Shown piece after piece: positions 1-11,246 of a DNA stretch of 64,000 bases (its first letter is position 1; the number at the start of each line of letters is the position of its first letter). Source of the stretch: Podarcis filfolensis. Taxonomy: Eukaryota. The translations under genes were made by a program, and so were the position numbers. The DNA lies in assembly GCA_964270895.1 (NCBI GenBank), contig OZ185439.1; one strand, 5' to 3'. The notes beneath the pieces were generated by a model, which had not been told where the DNA came from, ran no database searches, and saw only the letters and a program-made list of their open reading frames with translations.

Positions 1-593
1 TCTGGGCCCCCGGCTGGCTTCCTTCTCTCCGCGCCCCCCGCCGAGCACCGCACCCCGCGTGAACCGGGGCCGGGCGGGCGGGCGGGCAGGCGAGCAGGCT
101 GAGGCTTTTCCGCGGAAGGCGGCCGGCTTGAAAGTTTCGGTGCTCCTTTGGCTCGCACCTCCGGTGGGGGGGGGCCAGCAGGCGGGGAAAGGGGGGGAAG
201 GAAAGGGAGGGGGAGGCGGCTGGGCCTGGAGGGAGGGAGGGAGGGAAGCGGAGAGGGAAAGAGCAAGCTCAGGTCCTGAGGGGCGCGCGGGGCTGGAGGC
301 TGCCCCGTGTCATTTTCCTTTTCTCTGCTGCCGCCGACGTTATAGTTCCTTCTCCCTCAGTCCATCGGGGCGAGCGCGCTCCCTCGTCGCCTCAGCGCCA
401 GATCTCTGTCACCGCGAGCGAGCGCCACCCCCCCCTCCCTCACACCGCCGCTCCCGCCTCGTCGTCGTCGCCGCTGCTGCTGCCGTCTCCGCCGCGCGCC
501 CGGCTTCCACGAGCGTCACTGCCGTCAGTTCGTCCGACCGTTCCCCGGCCGTTGGGCTGTGGCTCCCGAGCCCCAGCGCCAACCGCCTAAGCT

Positions 594-608
594 TCAAACT
601 GCCATCAT
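594..608 (-). other. Minimal uORF MMAV* in PTEN leader
   Basis: GCAGCC ATG ATG GCA GTT TGA with a good Kozak context; the recalled human counterpart is ATG ATG GAA GTT TGA. Confidence 0.6.
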
Positions 609-792
609 GGCTGCAGTTTCCGAGAGGAGGGGGGTGGAGGAGGAGGAGGAGAATGAGGGAAGGGAAGCAGGGAGGGGGGAAGGGAGAAGAGGGAACGGCA
701 GCGAGAGAGGGGGAAAGAAGCGGGTGGGGGGGGGGGGAGAGACTCAGAGAGAGAGAGAAAGAGAGAATCGGAGCTACGGCACCACTCCTCGC

Positions 793-852
793 TTAGGTCC
801 TTCCGCCGTTGCTGCCGCCGCGTACAAAAAAATTAGTTCTCCACCGCCACAT
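793..852 (-). other. Upstream ORF in PTEN leader, 19 aa MWRWRTNFFVRGGSNGGRT*
   Basis: ATG at 852-850 inside the conserved GGCGGTGATGTGGCGG block; TAA at 795-793. Translation is inferred. Confidence 0.55.
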
Positions 853-1034
853 CACCGCCTCCTCGGCTCCAGCGAGCTCGCTGCGCGCTCTAGCCAAGTA
901 GCAACCCCCTCCCCCTACCGCCGCCGTCCGGGTTCCTTATAGAGCCTAACGAGAGGAGGTTTGGCTCTTCTCACACGGAAGGGTCTGGCCGAGACATAAC
1001 CGATCAAAGGGGGGGGGCGGGAGGAACAGGGAGA

Positions 1035-1070
1035 GCGCGCGCGCGCGCGCACACACACACACACACGTAC
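1035..1070. repeat. (GC)8(AC)8GTAC alternating purine-pyrimidine tract
   Basis: Read directly from the sequence: 36 bp of uninterrupted RY alternation. Confidence 0.95.
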
Positions 1071-1133
1071 TGAGTGGCGGAAGGATACAATAGACTATTG
1101 CCTCATTTCAATGACGGGCTAATTCCCTGCGGA

Positions 1134-1143
1134 GTCACGTGAC
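1134..1143. promoter_or_regulatory. Palindromic extended E-box GTCACGTGAC (USF/MiT-TFE type)
   Basis: Perfect 10-bp palindrome within the PTEN promoter CpG island. Binding is inferred from the motif. Confidence 0.65.
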
Positions 1144-1159
1144 GAGCGCTAGGAGCGGG

Positions 1160-1169
1160 GGGACTTCCC
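1160..1169 (+). promoter_or_regulatory. NF-kB-type site GGGACTTCCC
   Basis: Consensus-like kB motif 16 bp from the E-box. Motif match only. Confidence 0.4.
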
Positions 1170-3335
1170 GCTTCCCTGTCTCCCTAACCACCGCTGCTGC
1201 CAGCTTCGACCGCGCTCCTATGCAGCGACGGGGCTTTTTTTCTTCTTCTTAAGTGTTCAGGTTTTTTGTACTTTAGTAACAGGGACTGGAGATATTAGAC
1301 GTTGGCCGTTGCAAATCTTGTCGCTGAAGTCCGGGCCGTTTGCAAATATGGTAGCCAAAGTGACTGGGGGGGGGGGTAGCCTGACCTCGCCTGCTCTTGC
1401 GCTTTTTGCAGTAGTTTGGTTTTTGTAGAAATCAGCAGGTGCAAGTTTGCAACGGTTATCGCCTGATAACGTCTGCAGATATGTGCGTGTGTGTGCTTTA
1501 ATGTTGGTAAAATTAACAGACTGGGCCTTGGAAATCTGGTTCCTTCAGCAGCATTATTCGATAGAAAGCGGTGGGCGAAATGGGTGGCTGCGTCGTCCTT
1601 TCAGCCGGGGCGTATTATGTGCAAAGCTGAGCGTTGGATCCTTGCAATGTGGCTCTTAGCCTCCTGCGTGGTGCTGGATCTTTAAAAAATAAAGTGTTCT
1701 TTCTCAGTCCTGTAGACACCTGTAAACTTTTAACAGGGAAGGGTTGCCTTTCGTGGCTTTGCGTGCCTAGTTGCTGATGTCACTCGGCGCTCAAAAAACT
1801 GACAGTAAAGTCGCCTTGGTCACAAGTGGCTGCAGGAAAAGAGGAGACAGGCCCGGCGAGTCGGGGCGATCGTGCAAGAGCAAGTAGTGATCAAAAGCAG
1901 CGGGGCGAATACAGGGAAGTGCCAAGAGCAGCCCTGAACGCGGTGGCCCCCAGGTGGCTGCAACGCAGCGCGAACTATCAGCAGCCACCCTTCGCTCCAT
2001 GGCTTCCGTCTGAGCTTGGTCTTTAACAGCGAAGCATGGCAAGAAACGGATGCAGCGGTCGCCAGGGCTGCTGCGCCACCTATTGCCTTGGAAGAGGAAA
2101 CCGCAGTTGCAATGAGCGCACACAACGCCCGCCCTCACCCCGCCGCTGTCCTGCTCCTCAAAATTCCCAGGGCCACCGGCCCAGTCGGCCCCACCCACCT
2201 CTTGTTAGGGCACCCAAGCTATGCTTCAGTGCTTGCACGAAGGGGTGGGGAAATACTCAAAGCCAAACAACAGCGAAAAGCAAAACTGATCACACACCTC
2301 TGCTTTCCCAACCTTTAAAAATGTTCTTCATTATGTGGACTAGAGAAGGCATTAAAATATTTATCAGTTCCTTAGGATTCCATGGTATTATGAGGAATTT
2401 TATCTTGCACATGCTGCAGATTGAGGGTTGCCAAGCGATAATTTTTAGCAAACTAGATCTTGTGTCTTTTACAGCACTGTACAGTACTTTGCTTTGCATC
2501 AGTTTACAGTCTCCCCCCCCTCAGGCTGATGAACATTTTTCAGCTGATGGTCCTTCACCATCTAACTTTGTGAGGACAGATGGGGAGAATTCATTAGCTT
2601 TTCTGCAACGTTCCTGTCTTAAGTGGTTGTCTCATGCCTTGGTGCTCTGGTGGCCTGGCTAGTTCTTTGGTAATTTTCCTGCCTTTAGTGAATTTTAATG
2701 TATCTTTCTGTCATGAGAAAGTATGAGCATTTGGATTTTACTCGTTTTAGTTATTCTGTTATAACCTATGGCTGTGAACCATTAATATGCACACTTTAGT
2801 TTTCCTACTTCCCTTCCAGGAACTCCCTCATCAAACATCCCTAGAAAGCTTTTAAACTAACTTGAATTTTAAAAAGGCTAAGGTGCTTCTAAAAGGGTTC
2901 ACAGAACACTCTAGAGAACATGCACTATTTTTAAACCCTGATTACTATCCTACCATTTTTATTACTAAACTCACATCAAGAGTGTAATGAAGATTGTGAT
3001 TTCTCCCCTTTCTTCAAAAGATGTAGAAATGTATTTTATTCATTTATAATAATGGTTGCAACTTCCTACCAGCTAATAGTTTGCTTATGGAATCCACTCC
3101 ACTTGGGGATCCGATAAAAGGGGGAGAGCACAGTGGTTTCCTAAACAAAACAAGTGGAATTGCATCTATTTCCTTATTTTGCACATTAGTAGCTATCTCA
3201 TTGTAACTACTTTCACAGACTTATTTCACTTTAGAATGAAGGAGAAACCTTTAGGACAGTAGATATTTAAGTTGATGCTACACCATTTATGAAAGCCATG
3301 CCATGCCATGAGACTGCTTTGTATGACAACAATAT

Positions 3336-3880
3336 TGCTGCACACTACTCCAATCCCCGAACGGTGCAGGATTCCAGGCATTCCAGGTTCCATGCTTACA
3401 CAGGGTGCATGTTTCCTTTTGGAAATGAGGCATAGTGGAGACTGTGGTGTCTTTATGTTATGTGGTTTATTTACATATATATTCAGCCCAAGCCTGCAAT
3501 GGAGGGGTTCACAGCATTAACACCTCAGAAGGGTCTTGTTTCTCCCATAGCCGCAGCCTTGCATTCAGCCACAGTGCTCTCTGCCTTCATCAGCCAGCAA
3601 CCTTTTTTTCCTTTGGGTCACATTACAGCCAACTCTCAACTCTGACCTTGTTGTTTTTGCTATTTAAAAGCTGGAGGAAGGGCCCTACTCATTTGGTGTC
3701 TAGCACAGAGTCCCCCCTCTCCTTTGCTCTCTTAATGGCCTATCACTTTTCCTTTGCTCTTTTCTTAATGGTCCATCATTAGGAGATTGCCTGAAGCTTG
3801 CCTGGTTTATATTTTTAGCACTTTTGGATACAGGGATTTAAAAGGTCTGTCATCCAGTTTAACATCCCAAGCCCTGATTA
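3336..3880 (-). mobile_element. Degenerate solo LTR, copy 1
   Basis: Alignable by eye over ~500 bp with 10741-11246 (shared GGCATAGTGGAGACTGTGGTGTCTTT, GGTTTATTTACA and others). Starts with TG after ATAT. Minus-strand TATAAA at 3811-3806 and AATAAA at 3471-3466. The right boundary is approximate. Confidence 0.65.
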
Positions 3881-6800
3881 AATTCTAACACTTCCTGGAT
3901 CCATGTATTATAGATGTCTGGCACCCACAAACTCATAGCATTATGCTCTCGTGAGGAGAATAGCTATTCTGAGCTAGTCTTTATTATTGCACTAATACCC
4001 CAAGTCCATTCTTACTGTCGTCAAAACATAATTGCTATAAAGGAATTGTTTAGACAATAACATTTGAGTTCGCTCACAGTCCAACTTTATTGGACTTGTA
4101 AGTAGAGTTCTAAGAATATTTTTTGGGAAAGCCCACGAACTTAAGCTCTTGAGAACTGCATGTAGATGCTACATGTAATAACAGGTTCAAAGAGAAGATC
4201 CAACTCCAACTTCTGTGCCTTGAACATATCGTGTGAAATTGCTGTGGCGTGTACATAACATAATTGGAAACTTCATCACCATACATTTCGGAAATAATTG
4301 CATGCTCACATACATTTTGTTTTTTCTAAGGCAACTTCGGCTATTCCTAGGGAGGTGTTGGTATACTTTGGTCTCTATTGTTCTCCTACATCCTCTCTAC
4401 CTCCAGATGCTTACTGTGAGAATTGTGCAATTGTGTATTCATTGAAATCATTTGTACCTGCTTTAATTAAAAATGGTTTTGCATTTTCAAGGTTATTTCC
4501 TATCTAGGAGCCTCTAGAGACACATTTAATGCACGCCTCAGATTGCACGAGGGTAGAAAAGATTGGGAGGGGGGAGATTGCTTCACCTTGGTAACAAGGA
4601 ATTGTTACGGGGCAGGAACTAAGGAGGGGGCAAGAACAGAACAAGCTGGTCGCAGATGAGGCCTCTGGTGTCCCATTTGCATATTTTTGTCTACAAACAT
4701 TTCTGAAGTGTTTGAAGAGGGGAAGCCCCTATTCACAGCCGTACTGTCTGATTTTCTTTGCAGTAACACAGCATGTTGACATCACAGCTCAAGCAAGGCA
4801 GTTCTGGTACATCATTTATAACTAGCTCCAAACAACCAGCTGGTTTCAGAGGGAGGTGGAATGCACTCCACATCCTCCTCAATGGTTGTATATGATTACT
4901 GCAATAGAATGAAACTGGCCTATACTAGGTGCTTGGCTCATCTGCGTAAGTGCTACATTTTTTTCATTCTTTGCAAAAACTCAGCACATCTACAGTGAGG
5001 ATGTAAAAGTTAAGTAACCTCCTAGCACTTGCTTCAGCCTTTCAGCCTTTTCAAAATCACTGTTAGCAATAATTGGGTTACATATTTTGGCCTATGTACA
5101 CCTGTCTTCCCTGCTTTTTACCTCCCAATTATTTCCCTATATAAAAACTAAATCCCAAAACAAAAATGATGGAACAATGCTACCAGTGCAAGCCATGCTA
5201 GGTAGCATGTTCCAAACCAGCAGCTGAAGACCGTTAACTGATAGTTAAGAAAACTGAGGTATAGCGAGAAAGCAAATACTTCAGAGACCTATAATGGGCT
5301 ATATAGCTTGCCACTTGAAATCTGTCTCAGTACCCACATTAACAAAGGCAAATGGCTTTAATTTCTAGGCCTACTTAATGTTTGTCTCAGTTTAAATATA
5401 TTATCATCCAACAGCTCAGCCTGTGCTGGACATTAGGTGCAAAACCATGAAACAGTAGAACAAACATTAAATCAGATGTACAGTGTAGGGACTTACTACA
5501 CATACTTGCCTTTAAAAAAAATTAACTTTGCTAGGGGCAAAATTGTATCAACTCAGGATTTTCTCTTACAAGTCACCTTTAGCAGCAGCTATTTATATAG
5601 CAAGCTCTTCAGGGTAAAGAACACATCTTAATCTGTGTTTGCAAAGCACAGTGTAAATTTAAAGTCCCGTAAAAGTGGAATGTCCGGGAATAATAAAGCT
5701 GTATGAGCTTTATAATGAACTGTTTGCCTCTCAAGTGGGATGAAATAGAATCCTCCAAGCCAGTTTTTGTTTGGTTTGGTAACAGCTCCCCCATCATTTT
5801 CCCCCACCCACTTTACAGAACACTACAAGATGAGTCACACAACTCTCTTTTCGGGAATGTCAACAAAAGAGACTAAAGACTGTGCAGAATTACATAATAA
5901 TAAACTATATTAAATGGAAATTAGCTTGCCATTTGCAAACTGCAAGGCTGACAATTTTCATACAATAGTAAGACCACAGTAGTTAAACCAGTGTTTTCAT
6001 TATTAGTGGAGTCATATGGAGTAGCCAGGAGTAGCCCTCCAGATGTAGTCTAGCAGATGTAGACCAGTGGTATGTAGGCTTGGTCGGATGGTAGGTAGTC
6101 CAACAACATCTTTCAGTCTCCACCAAAAAACAGTAAAAAGCCTGCCTGTTAAAAGCCACATCTTAACAAGACAGCAGAACAAAACAGGAAGGCTTACTTG
6201 AGAAGGGTATTCCATAATCCTGACATGACAAATGAAATGGCCTTCTTTCACATAGTCAATGGTGGAACCCAGTGCAGGATCTCTTGAGTTCTCAGGAATG
6301 AATTTATAGAATATGGTCCCTAGGCCATTCAGGGGTTTTCCAGACACCTTGAATTAAGCCCCCAAACAAGCAGAAAATCAATGGAAATTACAAAGGGGCA
6401 TAGTAATGTGCTCTATCCAAACAGCCCCAGACAAAAACCTGACAGCAATCTTTTGGACCTCATGCTTTTCAATGGCAGCTCCACATAAAATTTGGTAAAG
6501 GTGACTAGTTTGGAGTTTTTAAAACATGGAAAAGTCATAAAGGTTTATTTATTTTGATTTTCATATCCTACTCTGGTTTTGGGAGGTTGTGGGAGCTTAT
6601 TACAGAATTAAATTTTATATATTCCACGTCTGTCACAAGACTCAAAACTGCAGTGTATAAATTATCCCAGAAGGAAAAGAGGAGACTAAAAGTTGGCCAA
6701 GGCCCAACTCTCATTAGTAAAGCTGCTTAACTAGTACTTATCCTAGTTCACACTGTGGACTCCATAGAAAGCTCCATCTTATTGCAGCTCAAGTAAACTT

Positions 6801-7701
6801 AACAGTCCATCCTTCTGATTCTTCAAATTTCTTCCAATACATTCAGTAAAAAAAAGACAGGTCACATGATTACAAGGTCAGAGTTAAGCAAGCCTACCTG
6901 GTATAGGGAGGAAAGAGTTATGGTGGATGCACTAACAAATCTGAAATAGAATTGGGAGCAGGCAGTGTTTTTCCTTCCCCCCCTCCCCCTTTGCATCCAT
7001 GGGCCCCCTTCACTCAAAATGTTCCCTGCAATGGTCCCAGTGAGAGGGAAAATTAGTAAATCAGCTGGTACTTCCGCCCCCTGTTTCCCCTTCTCAGGAT
7101 TGAGAGGACTTTGGGATCCAGCATTCCCTCTTTTTGCCATTACAGCATGACAGCAAGAAGAGTGAAGGGCAGTTCTGAACATGCAAGAGGGAGATTTCCA
7201 AGGACAAACGTTTTCATTCATGGGTCTCCTTCTTCACAAGCCCCATAGGATCGTTCTATAAATCTCCTATTTAAATAAATGGGACTTAACTTTGGCTGCA
7301 TTGTGCCCATACTGTACATAATATTCATATCATAATATATAGCTTTAACAAGGGGATCTGCAACAAAAGTTGTTGTGTATAGTACTCCTATTCAGGGCAC
7401 AAACCACTCAGGAAACCCATCTGCTGTGCCTTCCGCCACCCACACTTCTGCTTTTCCTGTTCCCCACCCACCCAACAGACAACCGGCATTTCATAGCCAC
7501 TGAGCATGCTCACTGAATTGGTATATTTGGGGTAGGGGGGCTGCCCCCTTAGGGTCTTTTTTTCTAAGGGGGGGATGTTTCTGCAAATCCTGGGGCTTGT
7601 ACAAGTCTGCTGATACCTCTCTCTTGTACCTGGATGGTGTCAAGGATCAACACTCAGAGAACGAGTTTGCTATTCATATATCATACGAATTTGCAACTAG
7701 C

Positions 7702-7920
7702 TGGTACATTGTAGTGGTCAGACAGTGTCAAATTCAGATCTGAGGGTATCTGGGTACAAATTCCCACTCAACCGTTAATTTCACTACTTGATCTTTGGCC
7801 AGCCATTGTCTCTCAGCCTAGCCAACCTCACAGGGTTGTTGTAAGGATACACTGGAGAGGGGAGGCAGACATCTATGCCACCTTGATTTTCTTGTACAGT
7901 AATAAAGAATATAAATATAA
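7702..7920 (+). mobile_element. Old tRNA-derived SINE remnant (MIR/CORE-like body)
   Basis: TGTAGTGG A-box-like head, CTCTCAGCCTAGCCAACCTCACAGGGTTGTTGTAAGGAT core, A-rich tail; related to 56982-57244. Confidence 0.55.
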
Positions 7921-9559
7921 ATAGGATTAATGCAAGAGTGTTGCAATAATTCTATAATTACTACCTAGTTCAGTTTGCCATAGCTTTCCAACCACTCAGA
8001 AATAAAATGAAGTGGTGACATACTGTTTTACAAATACATTCAAGGGCATTCTTCCACATGCAGGTAAATCAGAAGTTGCAGGTGGCCTACTTACAATAAC
8101 ATAGCTCCGGGTTATAGAGATAGGGAAAGCGAGCACAGCTGAACAGTTAGGAAAACACAGCATCTGGAACCATTTTATGCCTCATCTATCAATCTGCTTT
8201 ATGGGACTGGAGAATTAACATTTCAAACCACACATCATTGCTTCATGACTGATATATCCCAGAACTGTGGTCATTACTTCACCCCAAAGCAATGCGGATG
8301 GACATCTGCAGAGGTCACATTGAAGGATCATGGGTAACTACCTTCCAATGTCTTTCAATTAAAAGTTGCAATAAAATTTTATATGTTATAAAGTTAGCAG
8401 AGACTGTAAGAAATATTCCAATATAACCCCACATTTCCACATCTCCAAAGGTCTTTTAAACATCTCAGTAAGCTTATATTTCTCAGTGACAGCAGGGGGG
8501 CAAAAAAAACCCCATGAATACCTTCAGATAAATGCAGCAGTGTTTTTTTAAAAAGTCATTTCAAAGTTAAGAGTTTCTGCACAACTTAAGAAGCTTGGTG
8601 TCATACAGTGTAGCTCTTGTATTATTTGATAATTCTACCCCCACCCCCTACCCCCAAAAAACGAAGACACATTTAGGAAGTGTTGTATTAAGAACTATTT
8701 GTCATGCTGGAACAGGTTGGCCAAGCTATAGGAAATATATTCGATATACTGCTTCATCCCCAATCCCAGCCCACTATTTCACCAATGTAGCGTTGAAGTT
8801 GGAGAAGGGCAGGATCTACTCTTACAGCGTTTTATGGTTCATTGAAGCTGTAGAGATCTGCACAGTCCTGCATCAGCCACAAGGACTGGAGTTTCCAGAG
8901 AAGCAGGGCAGTCTCAACTCGCTCAGCATTGAATTCACCTTCACTGGCACAAGCCACTACTTGCATAACAGCAGCTTAGGCCAATAAAACAAGGTCAAGG
9001 TGCTACATAGAATGTTATCTCCCAACGAAAGGTTTGCAGAATGTAAGGGTTTGTCTATAAGGCAGCAAGCCACATGTCAAAATTGGGTAGTTGCAGCTGA
9101 TCCCAGTAGTTATACTTGATACTAATCTGGGAGGGAAAATACTTATACCACAGGGACAGTGAAGTGGGGGCAAACAAAGCACCCACAAATCTGTAGACAA
9201 TCTTTTTCATACTAGAAAGTACTGATTAAGTCATGGGGCAGTATTCTAACAAGTCCCGTCAGGATTTCCTATTGCGCAACAGAACTTCCCTTTCTCTCCT
9301 GTGGTGAGGCCTATGATGATAATGAATGCCATTGTTAAATTTTATGCCACATTTACTCACTGCTCAGTTTTTATTATTGATTCTGTGGGTCATTCTTCAA
9401 CCTTGTATTGCCTGTTTGTACCTGGGAGGCACCCTGAGAATACCTTCGGTGCTTTTCAACTAAGTTTTACTCAGAGTAGACCCATTAAAATTAATGGACC
9501 TAACTTAGCCATATTCATTCATTTCAATGGGTATACTCTGAGTAAAACGTAGCTGATTA

Positions 9560-9784
9560 CAGTGGTACCTCGGGTTAAGTACTTAATTCGTTCCGGAGGT
9601 CCGTACTTAACCTGAAGCACCACTTTAGCTAATGGGGCCTCCCGCTGCCGCCGCACCGCCAGAGCACAATTTCTGTTCTCATCCTGAAGCAAAGTTCTTA
9701 ACCTGAAGCACTATTTCTGGGTTAGCAGAGTCTGTAACCTGAAGCGGATGTAACCTGAAGCGAATGTAACCCGAGGTACCACTG
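9560..9784. mobile_element. Tc1/mariner-superfamily MITE
   Basis: Terminal inverted repeats CAGTGGTACCTCGGGTTA...TAACCCGAGGTACCACTG, TA on both sides, internal repeated TAACCTGAAGC. Confidence 0.9.
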
Positions 9785-10740
9785 TACCAACCTTTATGTT
9801 GAAGGGAGGCATATGCGTCTTAGAAACAAATAAAGTTAGGATTTTAGTTTATAGACTGCAGATTAAAGGCTAGCAAAATCAGCTTCAGCTCAACGTATCT
9901 CTGCAGAAGACTGACACATTAGTCAAACTTTAAAGATATTCAAAATACTACTGTTTTATGTCTGTGTTGCTCCCATACCTACTGTATTATTATGCGTGTG
10001 GTAGTCACAAGACCATTGTATTATGCATGCACAGATCACACATCCTTAACATGTGGCCTTGCTGATTTTTTTAAACCTGTTCAATGCACTGTGTAAATGT
10101 CTTGAATTAGATTAGGTATAATGTACTGTGACTATATAAACAATCTAAATTTGCAAATAAAGAAGAAGGATGGGATGAGGAGCCAAAGCAAGAAAATGGG
10201 AGGTGGAAAAGGGGATTCACTAGCTAGTTTTCTCAACTGTTAAGACAGCAAATGATTATACCACTTAGAAAAACATGGACTCTTTCGGTAAGGCAAGAAA
10301 TATCTGAAATATTGTTTTTTCCCTTTTACTGTATCATTTACATACGGGCAGCAAAGCCGTTCAATCTTTCTGAGTTATAACCAGGTAAGTCAGATTAGAC
10401 ACACTGATTAAGTTAGTCAAAGCTATTGATTTCAATGAGACTATTCTGCATGTGACATAGGCCGCAATCCTAAACCCAGTGATTTTTTCCTGCGGACACT
10501 CAAGGGTACGCAGTACCTGCACCTTTTTTCTGGAAGAAAAGCACTGGTTTAAAATGTGGCACTTAGTGTAACAACTTCATGGTGAGTACTGCCACCTCCC
10601 CCCCCCCCAGAACCCCACTGATTGCCTAAACCCCACTGGTTTCAATAGGACTTCTGAATAGACATGATTTGGATTTTGCTGCTAGTTGGCTACAACGCTT
10701 TGATTGTAGAAGCACTGCCATGAGTGCATCCATTTAATAT

Positions 10741-11246
10741 TGTTGTACACCAACCCCAATCTCTGAGCAGTGCGAGATGCCAGGGGCTTACCCAGGGTCC
10801 ATGTTTCCTTCAGGAATAAGGCATAGTGGAGACTGTGGTGTCTTTTAAAATACATGGTTTATTTACACATATATACAGTCGGAGCCTACAATGGAGGGTT
10901 TCACAGCAATAGCATCCCAACAGGGACTTGTTTCTCTCATAGCTGCAGCCTTGGATTCAAAAAGAGATCAAACATTACTCTGACTCTTTCTCGAGCTTGC
11001 TGCTTTACTTCTAGGTCACATCACTGCAACTCTCAACTCCAAAATCTGGCTTCCTTCTTCTAACTAACCACAAGCTGGGGTCCCACCCATTTGCTGTCTC
11101 ACATAGAGCGCCTTTCCTTTGTTTCTTTTAATGGCCCATCACCTTAACACAGGAAGATAGCCTGGGTTATATTTTAACACTTGCTGGATCCAGGAGTTAG
11201 AAGGATCTTGCATACAGCCTACTTCCTCTATCCCAAACTCAATACA
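10741..11246 (-). mobile_element. Solo LTR, copy 2 (506 bp)
   Basis: TG...CA termini with a 4-bp target duplication ATAT (10737-10740 and 11247-11250); minus-strand AATAAA at 10863-10858; homologous to 3336-3880. Confidence 0.75.

Larger units (their letters stand above)
1..870 (-). other. PTEN: PTEN exon 1 5' leader (partial; main ATG lies beyond the left edge of the window)
   Basis: Minus strand 859-844 reads GGCGGTGATGTGGCGG and 629-594 reads CTCCTCTCGGAAACTGCAGCCATGATGGCAGTTTGA. Both match blocks I recall from the human PTEN 5' UTR. The position head-to-head with ATAD1 and next to PAPSS2 is the known vertebrate synteny. No PTEN coding sequence (MTAIIKE...) is present. The TSS position is approximate. 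Confidence 0.85.
1..2200. promoter_or_regulatory. CpG island / PTEN promoter, probably bidirectional
   Basis: Very high GC and CpG density at 1-1230, with a second CpG-rich patch at ~1790-2150, against CpG-poor flanks. Confidence 0.85.

Noticed and set aside
261-270. GAGCAAGCTC, a p53 half-site
   Set aside because: A single decamer with no partner half-site nearby, located inside the leader; expected by chance.
59-942. Long plus-strand ORFs (245 aa and 127 aa) antisense to the PTEN leader
   Set aside because: Low-complexity G/R/A/E-rich translations of GC-rich DNA depleted in stop codons; the 245-aa ORF starts at GTG; no recognisable homology, including to Killin.
1447-2662. ORFs upstream of PTEN as a possible KLLN orthologue
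   Set aside because: None resembles the Killin sequence I recall. The segment that does match the KLLN region (1079-1141) has a closed frame.
3336-11246. The two related LTRs as ends of one 7.9-kb provirus
   Set aside because: The right copy has its own target duplication on both sides. I saw no PBS, PPT or gag/pol remnants between them, so they are independent solo LTRs.
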